Part shown: piece after piece, positions 27,575 through 41,380 of the stretch
How positions within the stretch are numbered: position 1 is the first letter of the stretch
Layout of the letters: every line of letters begins with the position of its first letter
Source: Octopus sinensis
Taxonomy: Eukaryota
Reading direction: 5' to 3'
Length of the DNA stretch: 64,000 nucleotides
NCBI RefSeq assembly: GCF_006345805.1
Contig: NC_043006.1
Location: 42,036,001-42,100,000, forward strand
The notes under the pieces: model-generated
The model's input: the letters and a program-made list of their open reading frames with translations, nothing else
Database searches by the model: none
Told to the model about the DNA's origin: nothing
Position numbers and translations under genes: made by a program

Positions 27575-27872
27575 TGGCACTCTGTCGGTTACAAGGACGA
27601 GGGTTCCAGTTGATTCGATCAAAAGAACAGCCTGCTCGTGAAAATAACGTGCAAGTGGCTGAATACTCCACAGACATGCATACTCTTAATGTAGTTCTCA
27701 AGGGAATTCAGCGTGACGCAGATTATGACAATGTGGGTCCACTGAAATAAGGTACAACGCCTCCTTGCCACTTGAGGTGACTGCAACAACATGAAATAAA
27801 GTCCTGCGAGGAATCGAAACCACGACATTAAGATCGTGAATCAAATTTCCTGACCACTAAATCCCGAGCCGT
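27575..27872 (-). mobile_element. SINE family C, diverged
   Basis: Reverse complement of 41725-42052. Confidence 0.75.
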
Positions 27873-28379
27873 CACTACGTTCTTTGATATTATCAATTAA
27901 CATACAATTTTCGTCTTTGTGAATTGGTTCATCGCAGTGCATGGACGCTTTGTTATTTGATAACTTTGTCATCTCATACCTTTGCATGCATGTTTATGCT
28001 TATTGCAGCTATATATATATATATGCAGCACAGAATTTTGTCAGTGAACCGGTTGCGGTCTCAAAGCGACGAAAATATTTTGACAAATTAAATTTCAATG
28101 TTGAAATGAATCTAACGGATTTTGTGTGTTTCTTAAATGGCTTATAAACACCTTCCACGCCTGCAATTGTTTTCGTTGCAGCACACGATCTCAGATCAAA
28201 TCACTCGCTATGCAAGTACATCTCCGTATTATATATATATTACCATTTCATAATTCTGGCATAACATTCCTTATATGTAAGTCTCAATTGTCTGAGGGTT
28301 GTAGATGTATTCTTTATTGGTTAATTCTTAATATACTGTAGTTTTTATTGAGTTAGATATGTATATTTTTAATAACCTA

Positions 28380-28720
28380 AAAGAATTGTGCTGCTGGAGA
28401 CAATGTTGCTCATTGATTCTCCAAAACCCCCACATATTCTGAAGATAATATATTCTGATTCATTGCATGGTTTGGGAGGTTACTGGTGAAAAGAATTTGA
28501 TTCTGCACCGCAATCAATATTCTTCCAGTCTCAGGTATTACTCATCTGATCTTCAGCCAGTGTTGTGATATTTCTTTGTCTATTTCCACCCTGTAATGTA
28601 TAAGCAAACTAAGGGTTTCTCTGCATCGTAATACCCTGATACTGTCTAGCTCCCTGCTTTGTTTAGTCTTTAGCTTTCTCTTCATTGGCTTAGACTAGCT
28701 AAAACAAAAGTGCACAGCCG
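28380..28720 (-). mobile_element. R4/Dong-like (restriction-like endonuclease) LINE fragment, zinc-knuckle region
   Basis: EIDKEISQHWLK..PETGRILIAVQNQ..., then after a frameshift RICGGFGESMSNIVS. Matches the WL..PETEGF..AxQDQ / CRxC..ET..HIxSxC pattern. Confidence 0.6.
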
Positions 28721-28854
28721 TAGTTGTTCCGAGTGTTTTTACGTTCCAAGTTCATATTCCGCTGAGGTCAACTTTATCTTTCATCCCTCCGATGATTTCG
28801 ACTTAACACATTCCCTTCAAATTGGTAGACCATTATCACCATCATCATTATGTA

Positions 28855-29290
28855 GGCGGTGAGCTGGCAGAATTGTTTGCACGCTGGACGAAATGCTTAG
28901 CGGTATTACGTCTGCCGCTGCGTTCTGAGTTCAAATTCCGCCGAGGTCGACTTTGCCTTTCATCCTTTCGGAGGCGATAAATTAATCACCAGTTACGCAC
29001 TAGGGTCGATGTAATCGACTTGATCCGTTCATCTATCCTTGTTTGTCGCCTCTGTGTTTAGGCCCTTGTGGGTCGTAAAGAAATAGGTATTTCACCTGCC
29101 ACTGCGTTCTGAGTTCAAATTCCGCTGAGGCTGACATTGCCTTTTATCCTATCGATAAAATAAGTACCTGTTGAACACTGGGATCGATGTAATTGATTTA
29201 TCCCCACATTCTGCAAGAAATCCTTGTGGCAAAAATTTGAAATTATTATTATTATTATCATGATCATCATTATTATTATTATCATTATCA

Positions 29291-29339
<49 letters not shown>

Positions 29340-29720
29340 GGCGGCGTGCTGGCAGAATCGTTAGCACTCCAGACGGAATGCTTAGCGGTATTTCGTCTGC
29401 CGTTACGTTCTGAGTTCAAATTCCGCCGAGATTGACTTTGTCTTTCATCCTTTCGGGGTCGATTAAATAAGTACCAGTTACGCACTGGGGTCGATATAAT
29501 CCTCTCTGTTTTTAGCCCTTTGTAGGTAGTAAAGAAATAGGTATTTCACCCGTCGCTACGTTCTGAATTCAAATTCCGCCGAGATCGAATTAGGCTTTCA
29601 TCCTTTAGGTGTCGATAAACTAAGAAGCAGTGAAACACTGGGGTCGATGTAATCGATTAGTTCCCTCCCACCAAATTTCAGGCCATGTACCTACAGTAGA
29701 AAGGATTATTATTATTATTA

Positions 29721-29753
<33 letters not shown>

Positions 29754-30123
29754 GTGTTGTTGTTATCATCATTGATATTATTATTGTTGTTGTTGTTGTT
29801 ACTATTATTAATATTATTGTTATCATCATTTTCATTATTATTATCATTAACATTATAATTGTTCATTGATATTATTATTGCTATCATTATTATTATTGTT
29901 ACCATTATTATTGTTAGTATTATTATTAATTAAAACGGTTGCTAGCAGATGGAACCGTTTGCGCATCGATTGTTAATGTTGAGAGGCATTTCTCCTGACT
30001 TTCCCTTTCATTCCTTCGGAGTTCGATAAATGAGTTACTAGTTGAGCTCTGGGGGTCGATATAATCAGCTATATCGCTCCCATAAAATTTCTGGCCTTGT
30101 GACAAAATTTAAAACAATTGTTG

Positions 30124-30164
<41 letters not shown>

Positions 30165-30891
30165 TGCGGTGAGCTGGCAGAATCGTTAGCACACCGGGCG
30201 AAATTCTTAGCTGTATTTCGTCTGCCTCTGCGTTCTGAGTTCAAATTCCGCTGAGATCGACTTTGCCTTTCATCTTCTCGGGGACGATTAAACAAGTACC
30301 GGTTATGCACTGGGGTCGATGTAATCCACTTAATCCTTTCCCCAAAATTTGGGGCCTTTTGCTTCCAGCAGAAATGATTATTATTATTTTATATTTGACT
30401 TTTGCTTTGCATTTGTAGAAGATGGCTCCAAGTCTCACCCAGAGGCCTCAAGAGACAAGTAGTTAGAATTTCATGTTGGTGTTATGCCTAGGGTGCCATA
30501 TATTTGGTTCGGTACATAGTGTCGTTCTAGAAAATGTTTAAGAAACCAAAAGAAAATTACGTGTTTGTTTTAAAACTTGAAATTACATAGTCAGTATTTT
30601 ACGTAGGTTATGGGCAGTTCCCATGAGCACTATCTTTTGAATTTCTGCCATTTTGGGGTTTCCTGGTATCCGATTACTACTAGGCGGCGAACTGGCAGAA
30701 TCATTAGCACGTTGGTCGAAATGCTCAGCGGTATTTCGTCTGCCACAACGTTCTAAGTTCACATTCCGCCGAAGTCCACTTTGCCTTGTATTCTTTCGGT
30801 GTCGATTAAATAAGTACCAGTTATGCACTGGAGTCAACATACTCGACTCATCCTCACCTTCCCAAAGCTACCCTTGTGGCAAAAATTTGAA

Positions 30892-30965
<74 letters not shown>

Positions 30966-31553
30966 CTTTAGGCGGTGAGCTGGCAGAAACGTTATCACGC
31001 CGGGCGAAATGCGTAGCCGTATTTTGTCTGCCGTTATGTTCTGAGTTCAAATTCCGCCGAGGTCGACTTTGCCCTTCATCCTTTCGGGGTCGATAAATTA
31101 AGTACCAGTTACGCACTGGGGTTGATATAATCGACTTAATCCGTTTGTCTGTCCTTGGTTGTCCTCTCTGTGTTTAGCCCCACGTGGGTAGTAAAGAAAT
31201 AGGTATTTCGTCTGCCTTTACGTTCTGTGTTCAAATTCCGCCGAGGTTGACTTTGCCTTTCATACTTTCTGGATCGATTAAATAAGTACCAGTTACGCAC
31301 TGGAGTCGATATAATCGCCTTAATCCGTTTGTTTGTCCTTGTTTATCCTTTCTCTGTTTAGCCCCTTGTGGGTAATAAAGAAATAGGTATTTCGTCTGCC
31401 GCTACGTTCTGATTTCAAATTCCGCCGATGTCGACTTTGCCTTTCATCCATCTATGGTCAATAAATTAAGTACCAGTTACGGACTGGAGTCGATATTATT
31501 GACTAGTCCACCCCCCACGCCAAATTTGAGGACATGTGCCTTCAGAAGAAAGG

Positions 31554-31650
<97 letters not shown>

Positions 31651-31660
31651 AGGTGGCAGC
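28855..31660 (+). mobile_element. Head-to-tail cluster of at least six SINE B copies separated by (ATT)n tracts
   Basis: Heads at about 28855, 29340, 29935 (diverged), 30165, 30684 and 30970. Each has 1-3 modules and ends in ATT repeats. Confidence 0.88.
30377..30675 (-). mobile_element. R4/Dong-like LINE 3' end with (TAA)n tail
   Basis: RIPGNPKMAEIQKIVLMGTAHNLRKILTM* resembles the C-terminal QK..LLGTA.ILR motif. The 3' UTR ends in AATAATAAT on the minus strand. Confidence 0.7.
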
Positions 31661-32119
31661 CGCAATATGTTGTTGTTTTCTATGTCACCATCATTACCAT
31701 TATTTATGTTATTAGAAATACCATCATCATCATTATCATCATCATCTTCGTTGTCGTTATATTCGTACACCTCATCTTCATCGTCACCAACTTCATTGAC
31801 GCCAACTTTCTAATCGACATTATTCTCTCTATTAAGCAACGGATGTGTGATTTATTTCGATCTTCTATTCTATAATCTTGGGAAACATCATTTGGTGTGC
31901 TTATTGCTTATGTTGCTTATTTATTGATTTGGTTTTTGGTCATTGTTCGCGAAACTTCTACAAAGATCTATCGTCTGTGTATTTGTGTGTGTGATAGCAT
32001 GTGTGTAAAATATACAAATTTATACAGATACATCTTCACACAAACTCACACATTTGTTTACATACACAGACATTTATGTGTGTGTGTGTGTGTGTGTGTG
32101 TCTTATAATCTTTAGAACA

Positions 32120-33345
<1,226 letters not shown>

Positions 33346-34137
33346 TGAGATTATGAGTTGTCTCATAACCATACAGCGGCAGTATATAACAAAAAAATTA
33401 TACACAGGAATTATAGTTCTTTAGATTTTCTAACCTTTCGAGATAAAGTCACTTACAACTCTATCCACGCTAGCAGACATATTTACGTGCGTATCTTCCA
33501 TTAATGTAGCATAATCTTAGTTTCAAATAATGGTAAGGCTCTCTGCAGGGTTTTGGTGATACATTCAAGCATGCATACACATACGAATATATATGTATGG
33601 GTGTGCATGTGTTTGTGTGTGTGTGTATGTATGTGTGTATTCTTTTGAAGTTGTCGCTACAGTCTCTCTTAAACAATTCACGTACATATATAATGGGTGT
33701 TTGTATGTATGCGGATAGATAGATAGATAGATACATACATACATACATACATACATACATACATACATACATACATACATACATACATACATACATAGAG
33801 AGAGAGATAAACCGAATGAGGTGAAAAGAGGAAGTGAAAGTAAGAAGGAAGGAAAGCGAATAAGATAGAGGTGGAGATTGAGAAAAATGGGACATAGAGC
33901 AACAGGAAAATAGTGTTGGGTAACGTTACCACCTTTCTTGGGTTCCTCACACATTGTCCTATGACTTAATTTCATTGCAAAATGACTTTAATGTTGGTAT
34001 GAGAATTTAAACAAGCAGAATTGTAAGGTGTTTCCCCACAGGATTATCGTATTCACAGCATTAAAGGCTTCGTTAATTAAATGAAAATGTGTACGAGATC
34101 TTTTATGTTCTGCTCGTAGACCCTCTCTTGCAGTTGT

Positions 34138-34500
34138 CTTACTCTCTTTTACTCGATTTTACTTGTTTCAGTCATTTGACTGCGGATATGCTGTAGCACC
34201 GGCTTTAATCGAGCAACTCGAACCCAGGATTCTTCTTTGTAACCCTATCGGTCTGTTTTGCCGAACCACCGCTAAGATACGGAGATGTAAACACACCACC
34301 ATTGGTGTATGTATATATATATATATATAATATATATATATATATACGACGGGCTTCTTTTCAGTTTCCGTCTACCAAATCCACTCACAAGGCTTTGGTC
34401 GGCCCGAGATTATAGTAGAAGACACTTACCCAAAGTGCCATGCAGTGGGACTGTATCCGGAACCATGTTGTTGGTAAGCAAGCTACTTACCACACAGCCT
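34138..34500 (-). mobile_element. SINE family A
   Basis: Reverse complement of the family A consensus seen elsewhere in the window. Confidence 0.88.
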
Positions 34501-34631
34501 ATAATTACTGTGAAAATCATATCCATTGTTCTCAACTGGACGGAAGCAAAAGTATGATTCATGAAGATTTTCAATTCGTACACGCAGCCAAGAAGATTCG
34601 TTCTGGCAGATAATAAAACAATACTTCTATA

Positions 34632-34789
34632 GGTGCGGGCGTGGTTGCTTGGTAAGAAGCTTGTTTCCTAACTATATGATTCCGTGTTCGGTCTCACTGC
34701 GTGACACCTTGGGCTAGTGTCTTCTATTGTAGCTTCGGGTCGACCAGATATGGTGGAAGGAAATGGAAAGAAGCCTGTCGTACATATAT

Positions 34790-34827
<38 letters not shown>

Positions 34828-35052
34828 TGTGTGTGTGTGTGTGTGCGTGCGTGCGTGCGTACGTGTTTGTGTCTTGTTTGACCCCCCCCCCATTATCGCT
34901 TTGGCAACTATTGTTGTGAGCTTATGTACCCGTAATTTATCGTTTTGGCAAAACGGAATGATAAAATAAAGATTAAAAGAAAATAAGTACTGGAGGGAAG
35001 AATTCTTCAAGAAGGTGCCCCAGCATGGCCGCAGTCCAATGACTGAAACAAG
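34632..35052 (+). mobile_element. SINE family A, diverged
   Basis: Head, (TG)n and CCAGCATGGCCGCAGTCCAATGACTGAAAC tail. Confidence 0.82.
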
Positions 35053-35239
35053 TTGATACAATACAGTTACTACAATCTGTTCTGGCATCCTTTATAGAGA
35101 TTAATTATAATTGCCTCTTTGCAACCCTTAGAAACAGCACCACATCACCAGACTACTCTAATAAGCTCATGAAGATTCTGCGATGCTATTAGCACCAAGG
35201 ACCTGGTGCATATCACTTCTCCCCCCGAAGCCTCATTAG

Positions 35240-35417
35240 AAATCAGTTTTCTTATTGACATTACAATTTTTTCTACTAGTGTTATTTTACTTGGTCCCCT
35301 TGAGCGATGCCAAATTCTTAAGCGTTGAAGGAGATTTAGTACACATAGTGTGGGACACACGTGAGTGTTCAGCGTATTCCATGTTTGAGTTCAGTATTCG
35401 ACATATAAGTCATCAAG
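35240..35417 (+). CDS. Candidate exon encoding a signal peptide and the start of a secreted protein (unverified)
   Basis: AG at 35238-39, open frame KSVFLLTLQFFLLVLFYLVPLSDA/KFLSVEGDLVHIVWDTRECSAYSMFEFSIRHISHQ, donor CAAG|GTAGAT (phase 1). No ATG inside the exon and no homolog recognised. Confidence 0.25.
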
Positions 35418-35854
35418 GTAGATATAAAGTTGACTGCAGTATGTTGATATGTTTGTACACCCATGACCTGATTTACTGTCTTTGATCGCATTATTTACAT
35501 TACGAAATGTAACTCTCAGTGCTGGCTCTAATTTCTATAAAAAAATCTATAGAAATAACTTTACAAAGTTATTTCGTAGCACAGCTAACACAGGTGGGGC
35601 ACAGTACTGACTTATAAGCTTTTAATAGACTTGGTAGTATATTATACTGAACTTTCTCTACTACAAAGAACTAAGAGAGATAACAAAACTGGTTTGGTTT
35701 CAACAGACTCGTGACCATTGGTGCGTGATTTCTTTATGAGTAACTTTTATACAGATATAAAAAAAACCCTATCAGACGACACATCTCTATTCATTCGTTT
35801 GCATCGAACCGAAGATGATCTTCAGAGGTTAATACCACTACGCCATATGCCAGT

Positions 35855-35927
35855 GGGCATATGGCATAGTGGTAAAGAGCGCGGGTTACTAACACCAACA
35901 TTCCGAGTTCGACTCCAGGCAGTGACC

Positions 35928-35965
<38 letters not shown>

Positions 35966-36160
35966 CATAATAATAATAACAACATCGAAAAATACCTTAG
36001 GAATGAGAACCTAGGTTCGAAATTTCCCAAGACACCTGATGAAGGCTGGAGGGTATATCAGCCGAAATGTTGTGTTAGCAACAAACAAGATGAGGACAAA
36101 TATCCGTCAAATGTAAATGTAAAAAATGTACATAATTCCTCATCTCTTAAATATAGAACT
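35855..36160 (+). mobile_element. tRNA-headed SINE (family E) with internal (AAT)n and a hammerhead-containing tail
   Basis: A-box TGGCATAGTGG (35862-72), B-box GAGTTCGACTC (35905-15), (AAT)n at about 35929-35982, hammerhead motif at 36032-36075. Confidence 0.75.
36032..36075 (+). ncRNA. Minimal type I hammerhead ribozyme motif (one mutation in helix III)
   Basis: ACAC-CTGATGA-A-GGCTG(gagggtatat)CAGCC-GAAA-TG-TT-GTGT. Helix I is ACAC/GTGT and helix II is 5 bp. The helix III region ATGT is one change from palindromic ACGT. Confidence 0.65.
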
Positions 36161-36184
36161 TATTAAACGATATAAAACATAGAA

Positions 36185-36587
36185 TCTTTGACTGGTACTA
36201 ATTTTATTGACCCCGAAATGATGAAAGGTAACGTTGACCTCGGTGGAATTTGAACTCAGAAGGTAAAGACGGACGAAATGCCACCAAACACTTTTTCCGG
36301 TATGCTAATGATTCTGCCAGCCACACTACCTTAACAGTATCATTAATTAGTTTATTTAGTTATTTATTGCACACAGGGGGCTAAACGTAGAAGGGACAAA
36401 CAAGGACAGACAAAGGGATTAAGTCGATTATGTCGACCCCATGTTGTAACTGGTACTTATTTAATTGACCCCGAAAGAATAAAAGGCAAAGTCGACCTCG
36501 GTGGAATTTGAACTCAGAACCTAACGGCAAACGAACTACCGCTAAGCATTTCGCCCGGCGTGTTAACGATTCTGCCAGTTCGCCGCC
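36185..36587 (-). mobile_element. Two adjacent SINE B copies (about 36185-36335, older; about 36360-36587)
   Basis: Two separate heads on the minus strand. Confidence 0.82.
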
Positions 36588-38019
36588 AGAATATATTAAT
36601 ATATTGCAATGCAGTTTTAAATGCTAATGTTCACATAGATAACGTCGAATGTATACTCTCTGCTCATTCGTTTGCATCGAACAAAGGATTATCTTTAGAA
36701 ATTAAAAAGTATAATCCATAGAAATGAAATTGCGTTAACGATGTGTAAGAGCCTAGCGGTCTTGAAGATCCATTTCGAAGCATTACGCTCTTAGATGTGA
36801 TTGCTTAACCGTCATACATACTACACGTGCTAACATAGCACTCCGTTACTTTACATCTACAGGATCATCCCATAAATAATGCGGTTTTTTTCAATTTTTT
36901 TCAAGTAGTAATTTTACCTTAGAAAATTACTATTTTTAAGTCTCACAACGAGAGATATTCAGCAACAGTACTTTGGAGTAAAGGTTGTTTACCAAGATTA
37001 CATGGCAGTCGTGGCTTAGGACGAATGTTGCTGTAATTTAGTTCTTTTAGAGTTTTTGTTTTTGAATTCGATACGATATCTCTAGCTAATCTCGTGCAAA
37101 TACCTTCCTTCTAGAAATAGTAATCAAATAAAGTGACACTGCCATTTAAATGAAAACAGATGAAGCAGTTTGGATATTTTACTAAATAGAAAAAATAAAA
37201 TCAGGAAGAGCAGAGACACAACTCCTTTAACTATAGTTCAGATCAATCAAGGCAAACCTTATATTTTATTGTTATGAGTTATTCAAAGAAGCTGGACCAA
37301 AGCTTTTTGACTTCTAGCAGCCTTCTCAGACTGGTGATGTTAGGGTAGTTGATGCCTAGCATGATTGTTTGGATATTAATGCCAAACAAGCATGTGTAAC
37401 ATGTTCGGAGTTTCGTCCGAATATTTGCATCAGAAAGAAACGCAACGGTGGCGTCGAAGTTGTAAAGATATATTACCTCGTGGTGAAGTGAAAAGGGCGG
37501 CATCTGAACGGTAATAAAGAACAATAACGATCACTAACATTTCTTTCGTGCTCATAAAATGAAATAGACAAAAGACTTCTCTCAGAGAACATATTAACGA
37601 TTATCAGGCCAAGAACAATGTGGCAGCACATATACAGACCCAAGAAGCAATAATTATAGGAAAAAAGAGCTATAAGTAATTTAAATGGTAAAATCAAATC
37701 TATTGACATAGATGTCAATAAAAGCTACGTCAATGACTATTTATGTCATAGAAATACTTCACGTTGCAACTGATTGGTTGAACTTTTAAATGGTTTCTTG
37801 CATTCGGTAGTAAACTGCACAATAATACATATGGTTTGGTTGAGGACGGTGAACTACGGAACGATAAATTTTCTTTGCGCAAGTGTTGATTTGACTAATT
37901 CCACAATATGTTACCACATAACTAACTATAAATCCATAAATTATGTGCATCTACGCATGTATATATATATATACATATATGTGTGTGTGCGTGTGTGTGC
38001 ATGTAAACAAATGTGCATA

Positions 38020-38034
38020 TATACATATATATAT

Positions 38035-38078
<44 letters not shown>

Positions 38079-38167
38079 TAAGCACACACACATATATAAG
38101 GGAAAATGAGAAAGGCTTGAAATTTTGCGCAAATTAAAGCGACTTTTATTTTTCCATACATGAGGTA

Positions 38168-38248
<81 letters not shown>

Positions 38249-38304
38249 CATATATATATATATACGTATATATATATATATGCATATATATATATATACG
38301 TATA

Positions 38305-38349
<45 letters not shown>

Positions 38350-38551
38350 GTATATATATACATATATATATACACACACATATATACACACATATATATA
38401 TATGTATATATATACACATATATATACATATATATATATATACATATACACACACACACATATATATATATATACCTATACATATATATTTATATACGTA
38501 TATATATATATCTATATATGTATATACTTATATATATGTATGTATGTATAT

Positions 38552-38589
<38 letters not shown>

Positions 38590-38680
38590 GTATATATATA
38601 TATATATATTATATATGTATATATGTATATATATGTATATATATGTATATATATATGTATATATATGTGTATATACATAT
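38020..38680. repeat. Long interrupted (TA)n/(TACA)n microsatellite
   Basis: Directly visible. Confidence 0.95.
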
Positions 38681-39992
38681 ACACTGCTAAATAAACATAA
38701 TGAGGCACTAAGCACATGCAGCCACCACTTTTTTCACACATTCAAATTCTACAGAAATCTAAATGCCTAAACGACTATACAGTACCTTTCCACAGTACCC
38801 CTTAGGTAATCCCAACAACCTTATAAATCTACATTCTAACTCCTAACCCCAATCTAATTCCTCACTCATACTCGAATATCACAACCATCTAATTATATTC
38901 GTGTGTATGTGCATCCATGCATATGTGTGTATATGTATGAGTGAGTGTATGCGTACATTTATGTATGTGTGTATGTACGTATGTATGCAAGGTATATATA
39001 CCTGCGTGTACAGGGGCAGAGTTGGTATCAACATACTATTGAAAGACCTTTTACGTTGTCACTCGACCTATTGGAAATAGCCAGAGAAAATTCTTAAAAT
39101 TTGCCCTACCCTCTTGTAATAAGGAAAAGACACATTACATTAAGTAGTCCCAAACAAAGCATCAACTGACGAGGTATTCATGGTTGGAATAACTTTCATT
39201 GTACATTTTTCTCGACCGAAGTTGACTGAGGTTTTAACATCATTAATAAAAATAGTATCAATTATATTAGGTGAGATGCTTTACTTGTTATACAACCTTA
39301 TTTCAACCTTGATTAACAGATTTCCTTAAAAGTAGTCATGTCGGGAATATATATTTTATTTTCAAATGTTGTGTACCTCCGTCTATAATTAGCCAATGTG
39401 ACATTTATTCATGACGGTATGGTGTGTTTTGAGGAAGATTCTGCTGATATTTCTAACTGTTCAAGTGACAGCTTAATGGCTCCCTCATTAGCACGTTAGT
39501 CCACACGTATTTTAGGAAGGCGTCTTATATTTTTAGAATGGAATATTTAGCAAAGAGAGAGAGAGAGGGGGGAAGGTGTAGTAAAGAGTGAAGGAGAATC
39601 TGCATGGCGAAAGCTAAAGAAGAGAAAGATGATAACTATATTAGCATAACAGAAATTAAATAAAGCGTAAAATAGATCAGCTAAACGGGCTGAAACACTT
39701 AGTTGACCGTCGACTGAACTGTCTCGATAGTTCAGACAATAACAACAAATAGGGTTGACAGGAAAATGTTTTGATAGTGAATCTGATTTATTAAGTTTGA
39801 AGAGAGCGATAACAGGAGTGATTGGTTCAACGCTTTTAAACCAAATATCGTGTCTTTTATGAGTTCTAAAGCAGTGGTTGTTAAATATTTTATTCTTTGC
39901 ATTCTTCGGAGTAAATATAAATATTTCACTCACCTTTTTGCAGAAAGGTAATATGTGTATTTTAAAAAATGTATTTAGTAATAGCTATCTGG

Positions 39993-40250
39993 TGGAGGCA
40001 CATGGCCTAATGGTTAGAGCAGCGGACTCGCGGGTTCGAATCTCAGACCGGGCGATGTGTGTGTTTATGAGCGAAACACCCAAGCTCCACGCGACTCTGG
40101 CAGAAGATAATGGCGAACTTCTGCTGACTTTTTCGCTACAACTTTCTCTCACTCTTTCCTCCTGTATTTTGCAGCTCATCTGCGACGGACCGGCGTCCCG
40201 TTCAGGTGGGGAACCTATACGCCAAGGAAACCGGGAAACCGGCCTTTTAG
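39993..40250 (+). mobile_element. SINE family D, 3'-truncated
   Basis: Matches the 25533 copy. Confidence 0.88.
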
Positions 40251-40699
40251 AGTATGTGCGGCTGTATTGGGCTGAAGGTATTGCTGTATGACAGTGCTCA
40301 CATAGTTGTGTCGTTAAGAAGCCCGGTTTGTAAATACGTGGTTTGGGGTTCAATCCGACTGCACAGCACCTTGGGAAAGTGTTTTCTGCTATGATGCTGG
40401 GCCGACCAATGCTTTCTCAGTAAATTTCTTTGGTAGAAGCAGTGTGAAAGCACGTCGTATATGTGTGTATAAAGATACGTAAATAAATACTCTTTTACTT
40501 GCTTCAGTCATTTGACTGTGGCCATGCCATGCTGGAGCATCGCATTTAGTCGAGCAAATCGACCCCAGGACTTATTCTTTGCAAGCCTAGTACTTATTCG
40601 ATCGGTCTCTTTTGCCGAACCACTAAGTTACGGGGACGTAAACACACCAGCATCGGTTGTCAAGCGATGTTGGGGGGACAAAAACAGACACACAAACAT

Positions 40700-40749
<50 letters not shown>

Positions 40750-40779
40750 GCGAGAAAGAAGCAACAAGAATGGATAGGT

Positions 40780-40870
40780 TTTTAGTACGATCGTTTCATA
40801 CAAGGACAGGTTTTATTAAAAGTTGCAAAGATTACAGCATATAAACGAGTCCCGTACTCATCAGCTAAAA
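40780..40870 (-). ncRNA. Identical hammerhead motif on the minus strand in the left arm
   Basis: Exact reverse complement of 41290-41380. Confidence 0.8.
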
Positions 40871-41289
40871 TACATGTAAGTTCTCTAGACATCCTAGTGT
40901 TTGAGGCTATACTCATGAAGTAATGTAGATATTTAAAGTTCATTAAAGTTCTTTAAAGATGATGTACAGTCTTATCACAGAATTTTAAAAAAGTTTTGAT
41001 AGCATCACAGAGAAGGTGACCTAATCCATATGAATTTCCATAGATATGATGAGGGATTATATACTCACAGAAGACTTCTGTGAGTATATAATCCCTCATC
41101 ATATCTATGGAAATTCATATGGATTAGGTCACCTTCTCTGTGATGCTATCAAAACTTTTTTAAAATTCTGTGATAAGACTGTACATCATCTTTAAAGAAC
41201 TTTAATGAACTTTAGAAATCTGTTTAATTATCTACATTACTTCATGAGTATAGCCTCAAACACTAGGATGTCTAGAGAACTTACATGTA

Positions 41290-41380
41290 TTTTAGCTGAT
41301 GAGTACGGGACTCGTTTATATGCTGTAATCTTTGCAACTTTTAATAAAACCTGTCCTTGTATGAAACGATCGTACTAAAA
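41290..41380 (+). ncRNA. Type I hammerhead ribozyme motif in the right palindrome arm
   Basis: TTTTAG-CTGATGA-GTACGGGAC...GTCCTTGTAT-GAAA-CGATCG-TA-CTAAAA. Full core, 6-bp helix I, ~9-bp helix II, palindromic ACGATCGT helix III, predicted GUA cleavage after 41374. Confidence 0.8.

Noticed and set aside
28855-31660. Regular repeat/spacer look suggesting a CRISPR array
   Set aside because: Units are ~170-bp SINE modules separated by microsatellites in eukaryotic DNA; no cas genes.
37279-37524. 81-aa minus-strand ORF in complex sequence
   Set aside because: No motif recognised, and splice signals are ambiguous on both strands.
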